From Heteronotia binoei (taxonomy: Eukaryota): DNA of 64,000 bases. The DNA lies in the NCBI RefSeq assembly GCF_032191835.1, contig NC_083225.1:149978001-150042000 (forward strand). The letters are read 5' to 3'. Of the stretch, positions 36,760-49,900 are shown piece after piece. The notes beneath the pieces are model-generated. The model saw only the letters and a program-made list of their open reading frames with translations. It did not search any database and was not told the DNA's origin. A program made the position numbers and the translations under genes. Positions within the stretch are counted from its first letter, which is position 1; every line of letters starts with the position of its first letter.

Positions 36760-37065
36760 TGATTGATCTCATCAGTAATTGCTGGTTTTGTTTTTCTTTA
36801 TTCCGCGCTATGGCTATTGTGAGGCTAGACTATTGTAATGCAGTCCATGTGGGTCTGCCATTAAAGACAATTTGGAAACTCTGATTGGTACAGAATGTCA
36901 CAGCCTGGCTATTATCTGGCATAGAGTGGAACATGCCTGTCACACCCTTTCTGCAGACCTTCCATTGGTTGCCAATAAGCTACTGGGTTCAGTTTAAGGT
37001 TCTGGTTACCACATACAACACCCTTTACAGCCTTGGACCCAGACATCTGCAAGACCATCTAGCCC
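36760..37065 (+). mobile_element. L2 LINE RT C-terminal fragment
   Basis: RLDYCNAVHVGLPLKTIWKL..VQNVTAWLLSG...LHWLPISYWVQFKVLV. Confidence 0.85.
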
Positions 37066-37655
37066 AGGGATGTCAAATATGCAGCCCAAGTCAGGCCCCA
37101 AGAGGGCTCCTATCAGGCTCCTGAGCAATTGGCTGTTGCTGTTTCCTTCCCCCTCTTGCTTCCTTATGCATCACAGCTTGCCTTGCCAGGCTTGCTCAAT
37201 AGCACAGGAGCTACAGTGCAAAGTCTTTATTTCTCTTTCTTCTCCATTGGCTGAGGCTCCTCCCTTGGGGAGGAAGGGGGGAGGAATAGTTTGCTTTGCC
37301 AGGCTCTCTCAATTGCACAGCAGAGCTACGGAGCCAAACCTCTCGTCCTTCTATTGGCTGAGGCTCCTCCTCACTCCTGAAAGAAAGAAAATTTTGCCCA
37401 GTTCTCTGGATCACACAGGAGAGATACAAAGAAAGCACCTTTAAGACCAATGACTGCTAATGTTTTAAGTATGTTTTATTTTAAGTTTTAAAAAAATCTT
37501 TAATTGTATTTGTGTCTTTTATAAAGTTTATATATCTACTACCTGGCATTACATTTTATGACACACATGGCCTGGCCTGTTGTAATGTGCAAAACAGAAA
37601 TGTTCAAGATAATTTTTTAACACAGGGATTGAATGGTAGTATGAGATAGCATTGT

Positions 37656-37888
37656 AGTCCAGCATGGCGTAGTGGTTAAGAGCAGCAGACTCTAACCTAG
37701 AGAGCTATGTTTGATTCTCCACTACACATAAAACCTACTGGGTGACCTTGGGCCAGTCACAGTTCTCTTAGAATGCTCTCAGCCACACCTACCTTCCCTG
37801 TTATAGGGAAAGGAAGGGAAAGACAATTGCAAGCCACTTTCTGACTCCTTAGGGTAGAAAAAAGTGGGGTATAAAAACCTACTCTTCT
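37656..37888 (+). mobile_element. Squam3-type tRNA SINE
   Basis: GGCGTAGTGGTTAAGAGC...TGGGTGACCTTGGGCCAGTCACAGTTCTC...GGGGTATAAAAACC. Confidence 0.85.
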
Positions 37889-38984
37889 ATTGCAATGATT
37901 ATTGTATGGATCACTTCCTCTTTTCACTTTGGCATGATGATGACAATGGAACTTCTAGCGCACCTTTCTCACTGTGACCCAAGACAGATTCCAAAATACA
38001 AAAAACAATTAAATCAGATCCCATTTCTCCATTATGATATGTCATACTTTAGATAATTTTAAATTTGGATTGTTCCCAGTTCTGTAATCCTAGCCCTACT
38101 GTATTGTTTATTGGAGGTCTTTGCTGTCTGATTGACTTGATTTTCATATTTTGGAATCTGTTTTTTGTCTCAGTGAGAAAGGTGGGGTATAAAATGAGTT
38201 AGTGATAAAGATAAATAATAGCTTCAAATCTTGACAAAGTTTAGACATTAGCACAGTGCCTGGTAGCATAAAGAGAACAGAAGAAAGGAAGAAATTGGGC
38301 TTCTCTTCAAAGGGAAAAAACATTTTCTAACTTTACTACACACACATGGAAACCCAGGGCTTTTGTGGGTACATGTTTGTATATATTCGTGTTACCCTAT
38401 TCACCTAAAATGATGGTTCTGTGTGTACTGGGAGGATCACAAATAGTGTGCTTTTCTGGTACACAAAGAATGGCAAAATCATGATGACTGAAAGGGGCTA
38501 ATGATTTTTCTAATTCTGATGGTGCACAGAAACATCATCCAAGGAAATACTGTCTCTTCTTTAAACTTTAAAATTATGCATTTGGATTACACTTAAATAG
38601 GGCAGCCAGAGTATTTCTAATTTTAACCCCTTTTGACTGTCTCATTTTTTGTAAGAGTACACAGGATGGTTTATGGGTTGTTTGCCAATTGGCATGCAGG
38701 CCTTTCTCCTCCCACCTTCTTTTCATCCAGCTGAGAGAATGAATGAAGATCCTTCTTTCATTGCTATCCAAGGAAGACCATATGTGCTAAAAGTGTGGAA
38801 GTTATCCCATGTTATTGCTGGGACACAGGATGAAATAATTTGTAGGGCAGTAATAGGCAGGTAGTGTGAGTTCTTTTGGAAAAGAAAACAGTTGAAATTT
38901 GATCATATCAACAGCAACTTTTCCACCCACCTCTCTTCTCATATTCTTTTTACCCAGCTGCCAGAGCTGGGAAGACAAGCTAGG

Positions 38985-39740
38985 GGTGAGGTCAGATGTT
39001 CAGAAAATCCCGCTACGGGCATGAGTGGAGTCCGGAAGCATGTCGGATTTTAAGCGGTTGTCCAAACGTCAGCATCTGCGAATGGTGGTTAGCTCGTTCG
39101 AGTCCCGCATTGAGACGACTAGGGCGCGGACTAATTTGATACTGCTTTAAATCCGGAACAAAATTCTTCTGATGGTTCCTGAGCGGAATTTCTCTGTTTG
39201 AACGCTCCATCATTGCGACTCGTCGGAAGCGCACCACCACTTCCTGTCCAAAGCCCCCTGCAAGTGATATCACTGCGCCAGTGAATGAGAGAGTGAATGT
39301 TGGCTCGATAAATTGTTTACCTGCCCCTATGTCTGGAAACAAAACTCACTTTTGAAACTAGATGTGAACTGATTTGAATTCCTGGGTTTTTTTCTGCTCG
39401 TGCTGGAAAAGTAGTGCCAACAGACTAGCAAAACTGTAAGTGATTCAACCCATTTAAAAGCGATGCGCATCCCCGCCCTCAAGAACGAGGTCATGGTGGG
39501 TGTGCGAGGTCTCTCATGGAGAAGGGAGGAGTCGCTGGATCTGCTCGACAGTGCAGATAGCGGGCATCACTGCACCTGCGCTAATGCAGATTGACGTCTC
39601 ATGAAACGAGGTCCGGTAGAGCACTCTGATCGACCAGCGATGGGATCCACATGGGATAGAACGGGAGCCTGGCTGTTGTCTGATCAGGAAATTGGTTGTG
39701 CGGATTATAATAGAGGCACGTTGCAGATGGAGGCCCGCCC
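38985..39740 (+). mobile_element. CpG-rich segment, probably a PIF/Harbinger-like transposon remnant with a degenerate Myb/SANT-like start
   Basis: Abrupt CpG enrichment. The + frame near 39500-39570 reads RGLSWRREESLDLL (SANT helix-1-like W..EE.LDLL), followed by a stop and drift. The second TIR was not found. Confidence 0.4.
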
Positions 39741-40384
39741 CCACCCTCAGATCACATGACTCAGACTCCCTGAGTCCTTAGCTTTTCTATTAACCCTTCC
39801 AATTCCGTCACACTGCTCTCATCACAACAGACAACATAGTGGAAGTTAACGTGATTTTGGTATTTTGAGACTTGCAGCATTAGAAAAAAAAATAAATGGG
39901 AAAATGGGAATATTTCTGTATTTAGCCATGTGTGTTTGGGGGGGGGGGGAGAAGAGGCCTGTGGCTGAAAATGCTGGAAGTTAGCGTGATTTTTTATGTT
40001 AAATAGTGAGTCCAGACAGCTCTCATCTCAACACAACTAGTTTATTAGCAAGAACAGCCATAAGCAAAACAGGCAATAACAATGAATTTACATATATTTG
40101 GAACAGACAAAACCACACTCCACAGGCAGGCATTGTCCAGTCCTGTGCTACTCTCCAGGATCCTTCATTTGCATGACTTTGTTACATGCCTAGCATCCCA
40201 ATTGGCTGGTTCCAATAGAATATCCAATCCCGGTGCAGGCTTCATAATCCTGGGTTGCAATGAGTGTCTGCCTCAACCTCCAGCAACAGAACAAAACCAC
40301 TAACTCAATACATAACATTTTATATCCTGACTGAAAGTTGCAACTTTAGAGAAAAAGAAATGGAATAACTCTCTCTCTTTGTAT

Positions 40385-40705
40385 ATAAGAGAAGCCATGT
40401 TGGATCAGGCCAATGGCCCATCCAGTTCAACACTCTGTGTCACACAGTGGCCCAAAAAAACCAGGCGCCAGGGAGGGGAGGAGGTGAACATATGAACATA
40501 TGAAGCTACTTTGCATTGAATCAGACTCTTGATCCATCAAAGTTAGTATTGTCTACTCAGACTGGCAGTGACTTTCCAGGGTCTCAAGCTGAGGTTTTTC
40601 ACACCTACTTGCCTGGGACCTTTTTAGTTGGAGATGCCAGGGATTGAACTTGGGACCTTCCACTTACCAAGCAGATGCTTTACCACTGAGCTACTGTCCC
40701 TCCCC
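40385..40705 (-). mobile_element. CR1 3'UTR fragment (40385-40470) plus Squam2-type tRNA SINE (40487-40705)
   Basis: Reverse complement of the CR1 tail. The SINE head reads GCTCAGTGGTAAAGCATCTGCTTGGTAAG...GTTCAATCCC and its tail CTTCATATGTTCATATGTT. Confidence 0.85.
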
Positions 40706-40757
40706 TAATAAAGTTTGTTCACCAAATATAGGAAGAAAAGTGATTCTGCTGTCCTGG

Positions 40758-41066
40758 TAGGATTGCCAAGTCCCTCTGCTGCTCGCAGTAAAAACTCTAT
40801 GGTACCATAGACTCTGGTACCAAAACTGGTTCTGTGAATGCTAGGGCAATTTAGATCTGTTCTAAAACTCTATGGTTTTACAGCAAATCCTAGATTGTCC
40901 CCAGTGTGACATGCCCAGCACCAGGTGATGTCATTGCACAAGGCATGTCACATAGCAACTGGGCTCTTTGGAGGTGGGGATCCCCCAGCCGCCTGCTCTG
41001 TGCCAGCAGGTTGGGGCCCCCCAAAACAGGGGATCTGCCATCCCCAGCAGGAGCTTGGCAGCCGTA
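40758..41066. mobile_element. Non-autonomous DNA transposon (TAGGGTTGCCA-type termini) carrying a 48-bp insertion
   Basis: Termini TAGGATTGCCAAG / CTTGGCAGCCGTA. The central AAAACTCTATGGT hairpin is related to the one at 62359-62400. Confidence 0.65.
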
Positions 41067-43068
41067 TGTCCTGGACTGTACTTCAACCAAACAAATGCTA
41101 CCATACTTTCAGCCAGGCTGTCCAAGAAACCAGGATTCTGTGATGTATTTGAAAGTTCATACTGAGTATCCATTGGCCTGTAGCCACAGTGGAGCATCTT
41201 GGGGATATGCCCAATTTTCCAGCCACACCCCATAAGTTTTCAGTTGGATAGGCAGGGAGGGAGGTCTTCTTCCTGATTCTCTAGCTGACTTCAGCTGCAG
41301 AAACAGGAAGAAAACCCTGCAAGCTGGCACCTCTCCAACAGTCAGATTTCTCTATGCTGCCCCCCCTCTCTCCCACCCCCTGGATTTCCCACCACCCAAG
41401 ATTTTCTGGCTATACCCAATTCTGTGGCTGAGAGACAGACTGGCCCAAACCTATCCAGTATGTTAGAGTAAGATGTTCTCCTACTCCAAGGTCAAGTAAC
41501 TTCTAGTTAGTGCTGAGGTCACATTGGAGCAGAGGGAGAGTTTTCCTGTGCAGTTCAAGAGCTCTGCTACTTCCACTGTGCCAACATAAGGATGCTTGCT
41601 AGATACAACTGCCAAATTTTAGAGAACTAGTTCATCATCCTATATGGCTCCACATAAGTTGTTCTTTTGTCCAGTCATCAGAGTATTCAATGCAGCTACC
41701 TAAACACCATAAAATGGACAGGTAAAACCATCCTTAGCATTCCACCTAGCTATAGAAACATGAAACCCTGAGGGATGGCTTCTCATGACACTTTATAAAC
41801 TAAAAAAAAAAAATGGCATAGGCTTTCAAAATTTATGAAGATGACTCCAACTCACAAAACCTTACACCACAATAATGTGTTAGTCTTTAGGGTACATTAA
41901 ATACACTCTGTTATTCTCACTGCAGCATGACTTAACATCACTACCTCCCCTTGAACCACAAAACTGGTTGTGTGAATGCTAGGGCAATTTAGATCTGTTC
42001 TCAAACATCACACTGTAAATGGCTTTTAGAACTGAGAGGAGTTTCAAAATCATTTCATGAGATGGCATCGAGATCTGCTGTTCAAAGGGGGAAAAATAGG
42101 CCTGCATTTCTGTTTGGTTAGTGCAAACTTCTTGTGTGAGTTTAAGTACCTCTTTGGAGTCAAGCTATGGTTTACATTTATGGCACTTCAGTTTGCAAAA
42201 TACTCTACAAAAGGTATTTGTGCTTTCAACGCCTGCTGGAAGTTCTACTGATTCAAAATTATTCCCATTTATGAGGAACTGAAATTGAGAAATGACAGTT
42301 TACCCACTGGTACACAGTGACCCCTTCTGGCAGATATGGAGTTTGAACCCAGGTTTCTCAGAGCCAACACTTACTCACCACTAAACCATTCTGGCTCTTA
42401 TCAATATTTTTCTGAATGTTGATAATGACCCAAACACTTTGTAGCTGTACTTGATATGGTAGAAATATAAGTGACAGGTGTTGCCTCATGCATCACAAGT
42501 CATATGTTGTTTTCCAAAGCCAACTGTCAGTAGTGACATGAAATGTAGCACATTTTGGCAACAGACATTTAAAATTTCAGCAAAATATATGAAAAGTACC
42601 CTTCATATTTTTAATCAATATTTATTTAAATCCTCCTTACTTCAAGGTGCATGTCATGCATGCCAAGGAATTTAAAATACTCCTGATAATAAATTATGTC
42701 AGTGGGTGGAAAGGTTAAAAAAAACACCCTCCCTGTTTGTATATTCAGACAAAACAAATTGGAACGGATCCAAGCCACTGTGGAAAAATGAGGTTCAGAT
42801 CACTCACTATTTGGATTTTGCTCTATTTATGGAATCCAAGTTGGAGTGAGATGTGGTCCAGTTTTCTCAGTTTTGCACATAACTAACAAAAGGGACACTG
42901 ATCTCTGGGAGATAAAAGGAAGAATGTAATAGTACACACTAGGCAGGTATGGTGGTAACAGAGAAGAAAGCTTCCTCCAATACTTTCATCATATGCCATA
43001 GCCCAGAGTTCCCCAATGTGGCCATCAAGCCTTTCAGAAAGTGGATGTGGCCACTGTAAAGCAGGGCT

Positions 43069-43872
43069 TGTGTAAGAACTGCACTTTCAAAAGCTTACAA
43101 GCGCTGTGTAAACAGATAAAGAACTGTGAAGGGTTAATTTTTCACAGAGATAGAGAGCCCTGAGTGATAGGCTGCTCCAAGAAATCTGATTGGTTAGGAT
43201 CAGTTTGATTTCAGCCCTAGATTAGAAGAGTCAAGTACTGACAAATTCAGAATTCAGCCCTGACTGAGAGCAGTTTAACAGAGACAGGCGAACTGGGAGA
43301 AAGCTGGCAAGGATGTTTGGGAAGTAGGCAAAGTCTCCCATTCAGGCCAAAAAAAGGGGATGGATCATCTCGAGAAAGAAGAAAATTCCCTGCCCAGTCA
43401 AACAGGGAGTTAGCTCTGAAGAATGCAGAGATCCCTGGTCTGGTGTGATTAGAAACTGCTTGTAGAAGCCTTGAGTCAGTTAAAAACTCAAGACTAGTAC
43501 TGGATAAAGATAAAGGGTTTGGGTACTGAAAAGAGTGCACCAGCCTTTTGGAAACTGAAAGAGTCAGAGAACACTCAAAGAAAATGTGCTGGAGTGTTTG
43601 AAAAACATTGGAACAGAAGCCTGAATAGTTTAAGAAACTCTCATTGACTTAAAACATAAGAGCCAAAGTCTGTGCATGTACTAGTTTTACTTCAGAAATT
43701 TCAACCCCTGATTCCACCAGACCTTTCCCCTCTGTATGAAATAAAACATTTTGTTATTTCTCAGTTTCAAAACTCCTTGAGTGCCAATTAAGTTATTTTA
43801 GTTAAAGTGAGCTCTGGATCCTTCCCTCAGGTTCCTGGGCTGAGCCAGGAGTGAAAATATTGTACTGTGACA
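43069..43872 (+). mobile_element. Probable solo LTR (about 800 bp)
   Basis: TG...CA ends (TGTGTAAG / TGTGACA), AATAAA at 43740, and an imperfect 5-bp TSD GGGCT / GGGCG. Confidence 0.5.
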
Positions 43873-45614
43873 GGGCGTGTTATCCTGAATGCTGCGTGTT
43901 GCCCCAAAAGTGGGCTTGTCTCCTATTTGAGTTGGGAGAATTAGTGAAAGAAACAAAGGCTTGCGAGAGGGAAGTAATGAGTGAGATTGGTATCAGTGTT
44001 TGTGGGGATTTTTCCTTAGAGAACTCTCAGAAATAACCAAGAAAGGGGTTGTTTTATTGAAAGGAAATAATTAAATAATTCACACATACAGAGGATATTG
44101 GAAACAAACACACAAGCTAGCAGAAATACATGTGTGAGAGGGAGTATAGCAGGGGGTTCAAAGGATGATAGCTGCCTGTCCAGAAGAGGCAAAGTCCAGC
44201 AGAAGAACATGATGTCCAGCATCCTGGATGTGCAGTTTGGATCCAGGAAAACACAGAGAGAGAGACTGAGCTCTGGGTGATATTTTGATAGGAAAAATGT
44301 GTCCTGAGGCAGTCTCACATTTGTGCCTCAAAATAATAACAAAAATGGCTTTCCCAGGATAAATAAAGATAGTTAAGAGGTATGATCTACCTGGTTACAG
44401 GTGGGACAGCCAGAGTTCTTCAGCAAAGAAGAAAAAACATTACTAGGATGGCCCAGTCAGTAAAGGGGGAAAAAAATGGAGAGAAGATCTTGCCTCTAAG
44501 GAAGGGAAGTGAATGGGGCTGTCATATCTTGCTATTGGCTTCTGTCATTCAAACACAAAGGTTTTTTCACTGAAGGATGAGAAGGACTAGTAAGCAGCTG
44601 GGCTGTCCTAATGTGTGGTTCCTTTCTCCCTTCAGGATTTTCTTTTTCCAGAAGCATGAGGAGGGAAGTATTTTTATTTATTTATTTTATTAGATTTGTA
44701 TCCCACCCTCCTTGTAGTGGGCTCAGTATTCTATTTGTCTCTGCCTCTGGAGGTAGCTGTTTTTAATTAGGCTCTCCCTCCTGTGGCAGCTGTGTTGGTG
44801 TGGTGCTCACCAATCCCTCACAAAATTTCAAAGATTCCTGTAGCCTTGGAAAGACTGGGGACTCCTGCTACAGACTTTCAAATGAATTAAATGATGCATT
44901 CAGTCATATTCACATAAGTCTGCTTTCCTGCTGCTACAGGGGCTTATAAAAGTAGCAGGTGGGACTGCCTAGCCATGGATCTAAACACTTTCTTGAGTAA
45001 TCTGGTCATGAACACCAGACAGTGCTTATATTCTAACAGTGAAGTCTTATATTCTGTCAGTGAAGTCAAACACATCTGAGTTACTTAAGTCTGGTGACTG
45101 GAGCTGTAAATAGGCAAGGCAAGATTTTCCTGCCTGGGGGTTAAAACCCCCCAAATTATAAAAGAAATGCCTGTAGCTTTAACAAACAGTGGCAGTTGCT
45201 AGGCAACCACAGCATTCCAGCTGAGGCTTAGTGAGTGAAAGCCAGGTGGAAGCAGCAGGGTCCTTTCCAGAGCTGTTTTGGCCTTTGAGGAAGGACTCAT
45301 TTGGGGCAGGATTGTCAAGTCTGACTCAGGAAATATCTGGGGTTTTAGCAGTGAAGTCGTGAGCAAGGTTGTGAGAAAAGTATGCTGGTGAATAGCTGAG
45401 AAGGAGAGAATGAGGCATGGAACAAGGAGAGGATATGTAGGTTGCCAGGAGGAGGGAAAGAGAAAATTGTTTAGGGAGGGTGATACAGGGGAAAGTGAAG
45501 TGCCCCCTCAGAAGTCTTTGAAGGTTCCCTGCCATGTAAGTGTACCTGGCCCAGTGGTCACCACCACAAAGCTGGACCAGAGTTTTCCAAGGTAAAGGCT
45601 GCTGAGGGCTAGAG

Positions 45615-45769
45615 CAGGGCCGGCCCTAAACTATCTGTCACCCTAGGCAAGGCTAACCTCTGGCAACCCTCACACTGACAACCACACGGGGGGCACCCAA
45701 TTTATTACCCCCAGAAGGCCAGCACCTTAGGTAATCACCTAGTTTGCCTAGTGGCAGGGCTGGCCCCTG
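45615..45769. mobile_element. hAT MITE with 8-bp TSD (7/8)
   Basis: CAGGGCCGGCCCT / AGGGCTGGCCCCTG flanked by GGCTAGAG / GGTTAGAG. Confidence 0.88.
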
Positions 45770-46736
45770 GGTTAGAGGGAAAACTGAAGACAGAGGCAAA
45801 AATAAATGTAGGTTGGATGGGAAGGAGAGAAGGAAGCAGGGAAAGAGGAGGGCCTATAGGGGTTTTCAAAACAAGGGAAAGAGGACATAGTGATAGAGGG
45901 GGAAATGAGATACATTCCACAAATCCTTGTGGATTTCTGCTTGCATTCTATAGTCCCATTATTGCATTTTGGCCTATGTAATTTTTACTGTTGATTTTCT
46001 TTAGGAAATGGAAAGAGAATTCATAACAGTTATACAGAATGTGCTGTATGTTCCCTCCACTCCCTTTTGTCCTCTCAGACACTATTTTTTCTGATCGCCT
46101 CATTAGTCAGTAGTGGTAGAACAAAGCTTGGGCCCAGTAGGATCTCAAATATCAATTAAATTTTTCAGGGTATAAGCTTTCATGAGTTAAAGCTCACTTC
46201 AAAAATAGAGGGCTTCTTTTATTTAATTTTGATCCTACTATAGATAGCAGTAACAAGATTTGCCACTAAATTGTGATTTGCCAACCTGATTCAAACCATT
46301 GTTTTAAACCATGGTTTATATTCAGTTACCTGTAAGTGCTTGTTGGTCTGATTCTGACATAGAGGGAAATTGTGTGGTTAGAAAATTTTTGTTTGTTTAT
46401 TAAAATATTCCTAATCTGCCTTTCCCACTGTAATGAGAAGGCATGATCTTTAACATAAGATGGTATGAGTAAGTGTGGCACACTCCTGTGGCACACTCCT
46501 GATCCTCCAACTCATGCTATGAGTGGTTGCATCTGTTGTTAAATCAAAAATTTGGTTCCAGATTAATTTTTCAGATATTATTCAGTCAAGATACAATATT
46601 TTTAACACAACGAAATCTTTTATACCACTGTGATTTCCATAATGTCTAATTTGGTGTTGATAAGATGACCTCTGAACTTAGCCTGTTTGCAAAAATAGTT
46701 CTGGAGGGCAGTGGGAGACATATAGGTGTTGCTACG

Positions 46737-46913
46737 CAGCCTTTTTTTTTAGCAGCAACTCCTTTGCATATTAGGCACACCCCAGATATAGCTAATTCTC
46801 CAAGAGCTTACAGTAGGCCCTGTACTAAATGCCCTGTAAACTCTTGGAGAATAGGCTACATCTGGGGTGTGTGGCCTAATATGCAAAGGAGTTCCTGCTA
46901 CAAAAAAGCCCTG
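46737..46913. mobile_element. Fully palindromic hAT MITE with 8-bp TSD (7/8)
   Basis: Arms TTTTTAGCAGCAACTCCTTTGCATATTAGG.. / ..CCTAATATGCAAAGGAGTTCCTGCTACAAAAAA; flanks TTGCTACG / TTGCTAAG. Confidence 0.88.
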
Positions 46914-49900
46914 TTGCTAAGCAACCACCCACTTGCTTCCAGTGGCTTCAAAACAGTTCTTTGAAGGGGAGGAAAACAGTAAGTAGCAGTGGTTTCTTCA
47001 AGAGTAGACTGGGAGGTTGTAACAGCCTTGGAAAAGTGCCACACCTTCTCCTATGACCACATCCCCCTCATCTGATGGAGGGCTACAAAGCCAAGTAAGG
47101 AGAAAGGAGGTGACAGCATGCTCTTCCTCACTGGCCACACCTCACCTGGGGTGGCAGGATGAAGCTGGGTGCTGCTGTGTCTATTCTCATTCTCACAAGT
47201 TGAAGCTAAGTGTTCTTGCTGCCTTCTCTGTGGAGGTAGGCTGGGCTCAGGGCAGCAGTCCATCAGGATTTGTCTCAGTAAATGACCAGTCTGCCCCTGC
47301 TTTGTGGCTTTCTCTTTTTGCCTCACATTTTGTCTTTTTTTACTGATAAGCCTTTCTTCTTTCCCCCTTTCTGCTTCTTTTTGACATCTGTTTTGAACTT
47401 TTAAAATATATATTTCTCACTGCCCCTTCTCAAAAGAGGGTATGAGTAAGTTTGTTTTCTCCGTGTGTGCATTTATTGGGTTGTTGTTATTGTTTTCATC
47501 TTGTGTTTGTATGGTCCAGTTGGCTGTTAACTTCCTTTCTACTTAGTGTCTTTCTTGCCACTGAGGCACTGCCCTCCCCATAAGCAAAACAAACAAAGAA
47601 CCCTACCTGTGTGTAAATACAAATGAAACTATTGAGCCAAGTCTGCAAGAATCTCACAGAACGTGTCTTCTTGTTTTGCCAGCTTCTAGTGAAGCCCTCT
47701 TGGATTCTATGAAATCAATCTTTGATGTACTATGATTGCCATTCCATGGTATTCATATACAGCCAACTCCTCCTCCTCCTCCTCCTCAAACATGAGTTTC
47801 TTTTAAACTCCAAAGGTAAGGTTCAGGTAGGTTTATTTTATGTATATAATTCTGAATCAAAGGCTATTGTAGTATATGTAAATATTTCCATTTTCATCTA
47901 ACATTTTCCCCCATCCTTGGGAGAAAAAAATTGTCATTTTTTCCTCTCCATATTCAAAGTTCCTAGAACTTTTAGTATTTATTTTGTTTTTGTTTTTCTG
48001 ATCACAGTTACACTGTGAAGGAACATTTCAGGACTGAGCAAGCAAAAGAGTTTACCAGTATCTTTGTTATTCTGCTTGCGCTTGAAGGTCCTCATAACAA
48101 TACTTGGCATTTTAATAGTACATCAGTGTACAGAGAACTTCACATATATTAACTTGCTGCAAGTCTTATAATAGCCTGGTAAGGTCAGCCAGTATTATAA
48201 TTCCAGATAGAAGTTTGCCTAAAACCATGCAATTTGTTAATGGATCACCAAGGGATCACCTCTCATTTTTCTAGCCACTACATGACACCATGATTACCAT
48301 ATAGGGTTGAAGATTTCTTGCTGTCTGCAACTGGAAGTGAATCAGTCCCTATGGTTTGGACCAAAGCAACAACAACAAAAAAATGTAATCCATCCCATCG
48401 AATTCTTCATGCCTCTCCCTCCGCTAGCACTGGTCAGGCAAGTGTTTGCCTTCCCAACAGCATTGGTGCTGAAAACCCAATTCTTTAATTAACATTTCAG
48501 GCAGTTTAAAACTACATTCTAATCTAAAGCATGTCATGAAACAGTAAATGTGAATAGTTTTTTACTAATGTGTTCAGTTAGCAATTGGAACACACAGTAC
48601 TGTTTAGTTAATCTAAAATTCACCTACCTAATGGAAATTTCTATATGAACCTAAGTCAAAGTGTGTCTTGTAGCAGTATTGAGCCAAGTAACATTGTCAT
48701 GGGATCAGTAGGAGTGCTGGCTGCTAATGAGAACTGCCAGTGGTCCACCCCAAGGAGAAATCCAGAAGTGTTATGAGACTCTGCAGCTTCTCTCACCCCA
48801 CAGATGGAACATTCCAGGAGTTCTCACTACAATCAGCATTGTCTCACTCCTGCTGGATGAGGGGTTTTTTTATGTATGTGAAGTTGCAGCCATTTAGTAT
48901 GGATTAATTAATCCAGAAAAACCACCAGTTGCTGGTTCTGTATTTGCAATACCTAATCCCACTCCAATCACAAACTTTGAAAAGTTGAAAAATCCATCCT
49001 TTTATCTCTGAATATGAGTCCAAATATGTGAGTAAAATGTCTTAAGGAGTAACTGGTAGGTTCTCTCCTATGGACATTATATTAAAGTGACATTTAAACT
49101 ATTTTCACTTGACACTAAAATTCTTGTATACTTTTTTGTGCTATGTAGAAATATCACTCAAGCCAGAGAGTGCTTTTTAAAAAACTGAATGTACATCTAG
49201 CCATTGTTTCCATTTGCATTTCATATATCTTTAAATATCTCAAATAAAGCCTTAAAACCGCAGCTCAAAAACAAGCATATACTAGTGCCAGAGTACATAT
49301 ACTAGTGACCCAAGATGGTATGCAGACATACACATTTATATCTCCATTGTCAGAGGATGCGTTAGGATGCGCATCACCCAACCACATAATATAAAAAGAA
49401 CATAAAAAGTGCCTTGCAGATTAGACCAAGATCCTTCTGACCTAGCATTCTCCTTTCACCTGCACCAGCCAATTTTCCCTACATGTTTACAAACAGGAAA
49501 TGCCCATTTTGCCTATCTTCAACAAATGGTAGTAAACTTGGAGTTTCCAGTTGACTATTGCAGATAATCCCCTGGATTATTCTCTATGTCAGATCTGTCC
49601 CCTTGATATTGTTGGAGCTGGACACTGGAGGGCACTACAGCTGTTATTTCCTTGAATGTGATGCCTCTTTTTGTCTTAAACTGGGAACTGCTCAACTGAC
49701 CCCTCCCCCCTCCACCACACCTATCTCTCTGCACATGTCTCTGCAGGTCTCTCCTGAAGATACAATGCCCCTATACTCTCATACACATGATGCTGGATTA
49801 GCCAACCATTTGTGATATAGAAAGTACTGTTTAGGTTAGGCTTCTTTCTGATCTTTTGACTGCAGCCTGAGTGTGAACTGGATCTACTTGAATAAATGTA

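Noticed and set aside
39590-39660. ATGAAACGAG...CTGAT resembling a hammerhead or C/D box
   Set aside because: Core elements are in the wrong order and there are no supporting stems.
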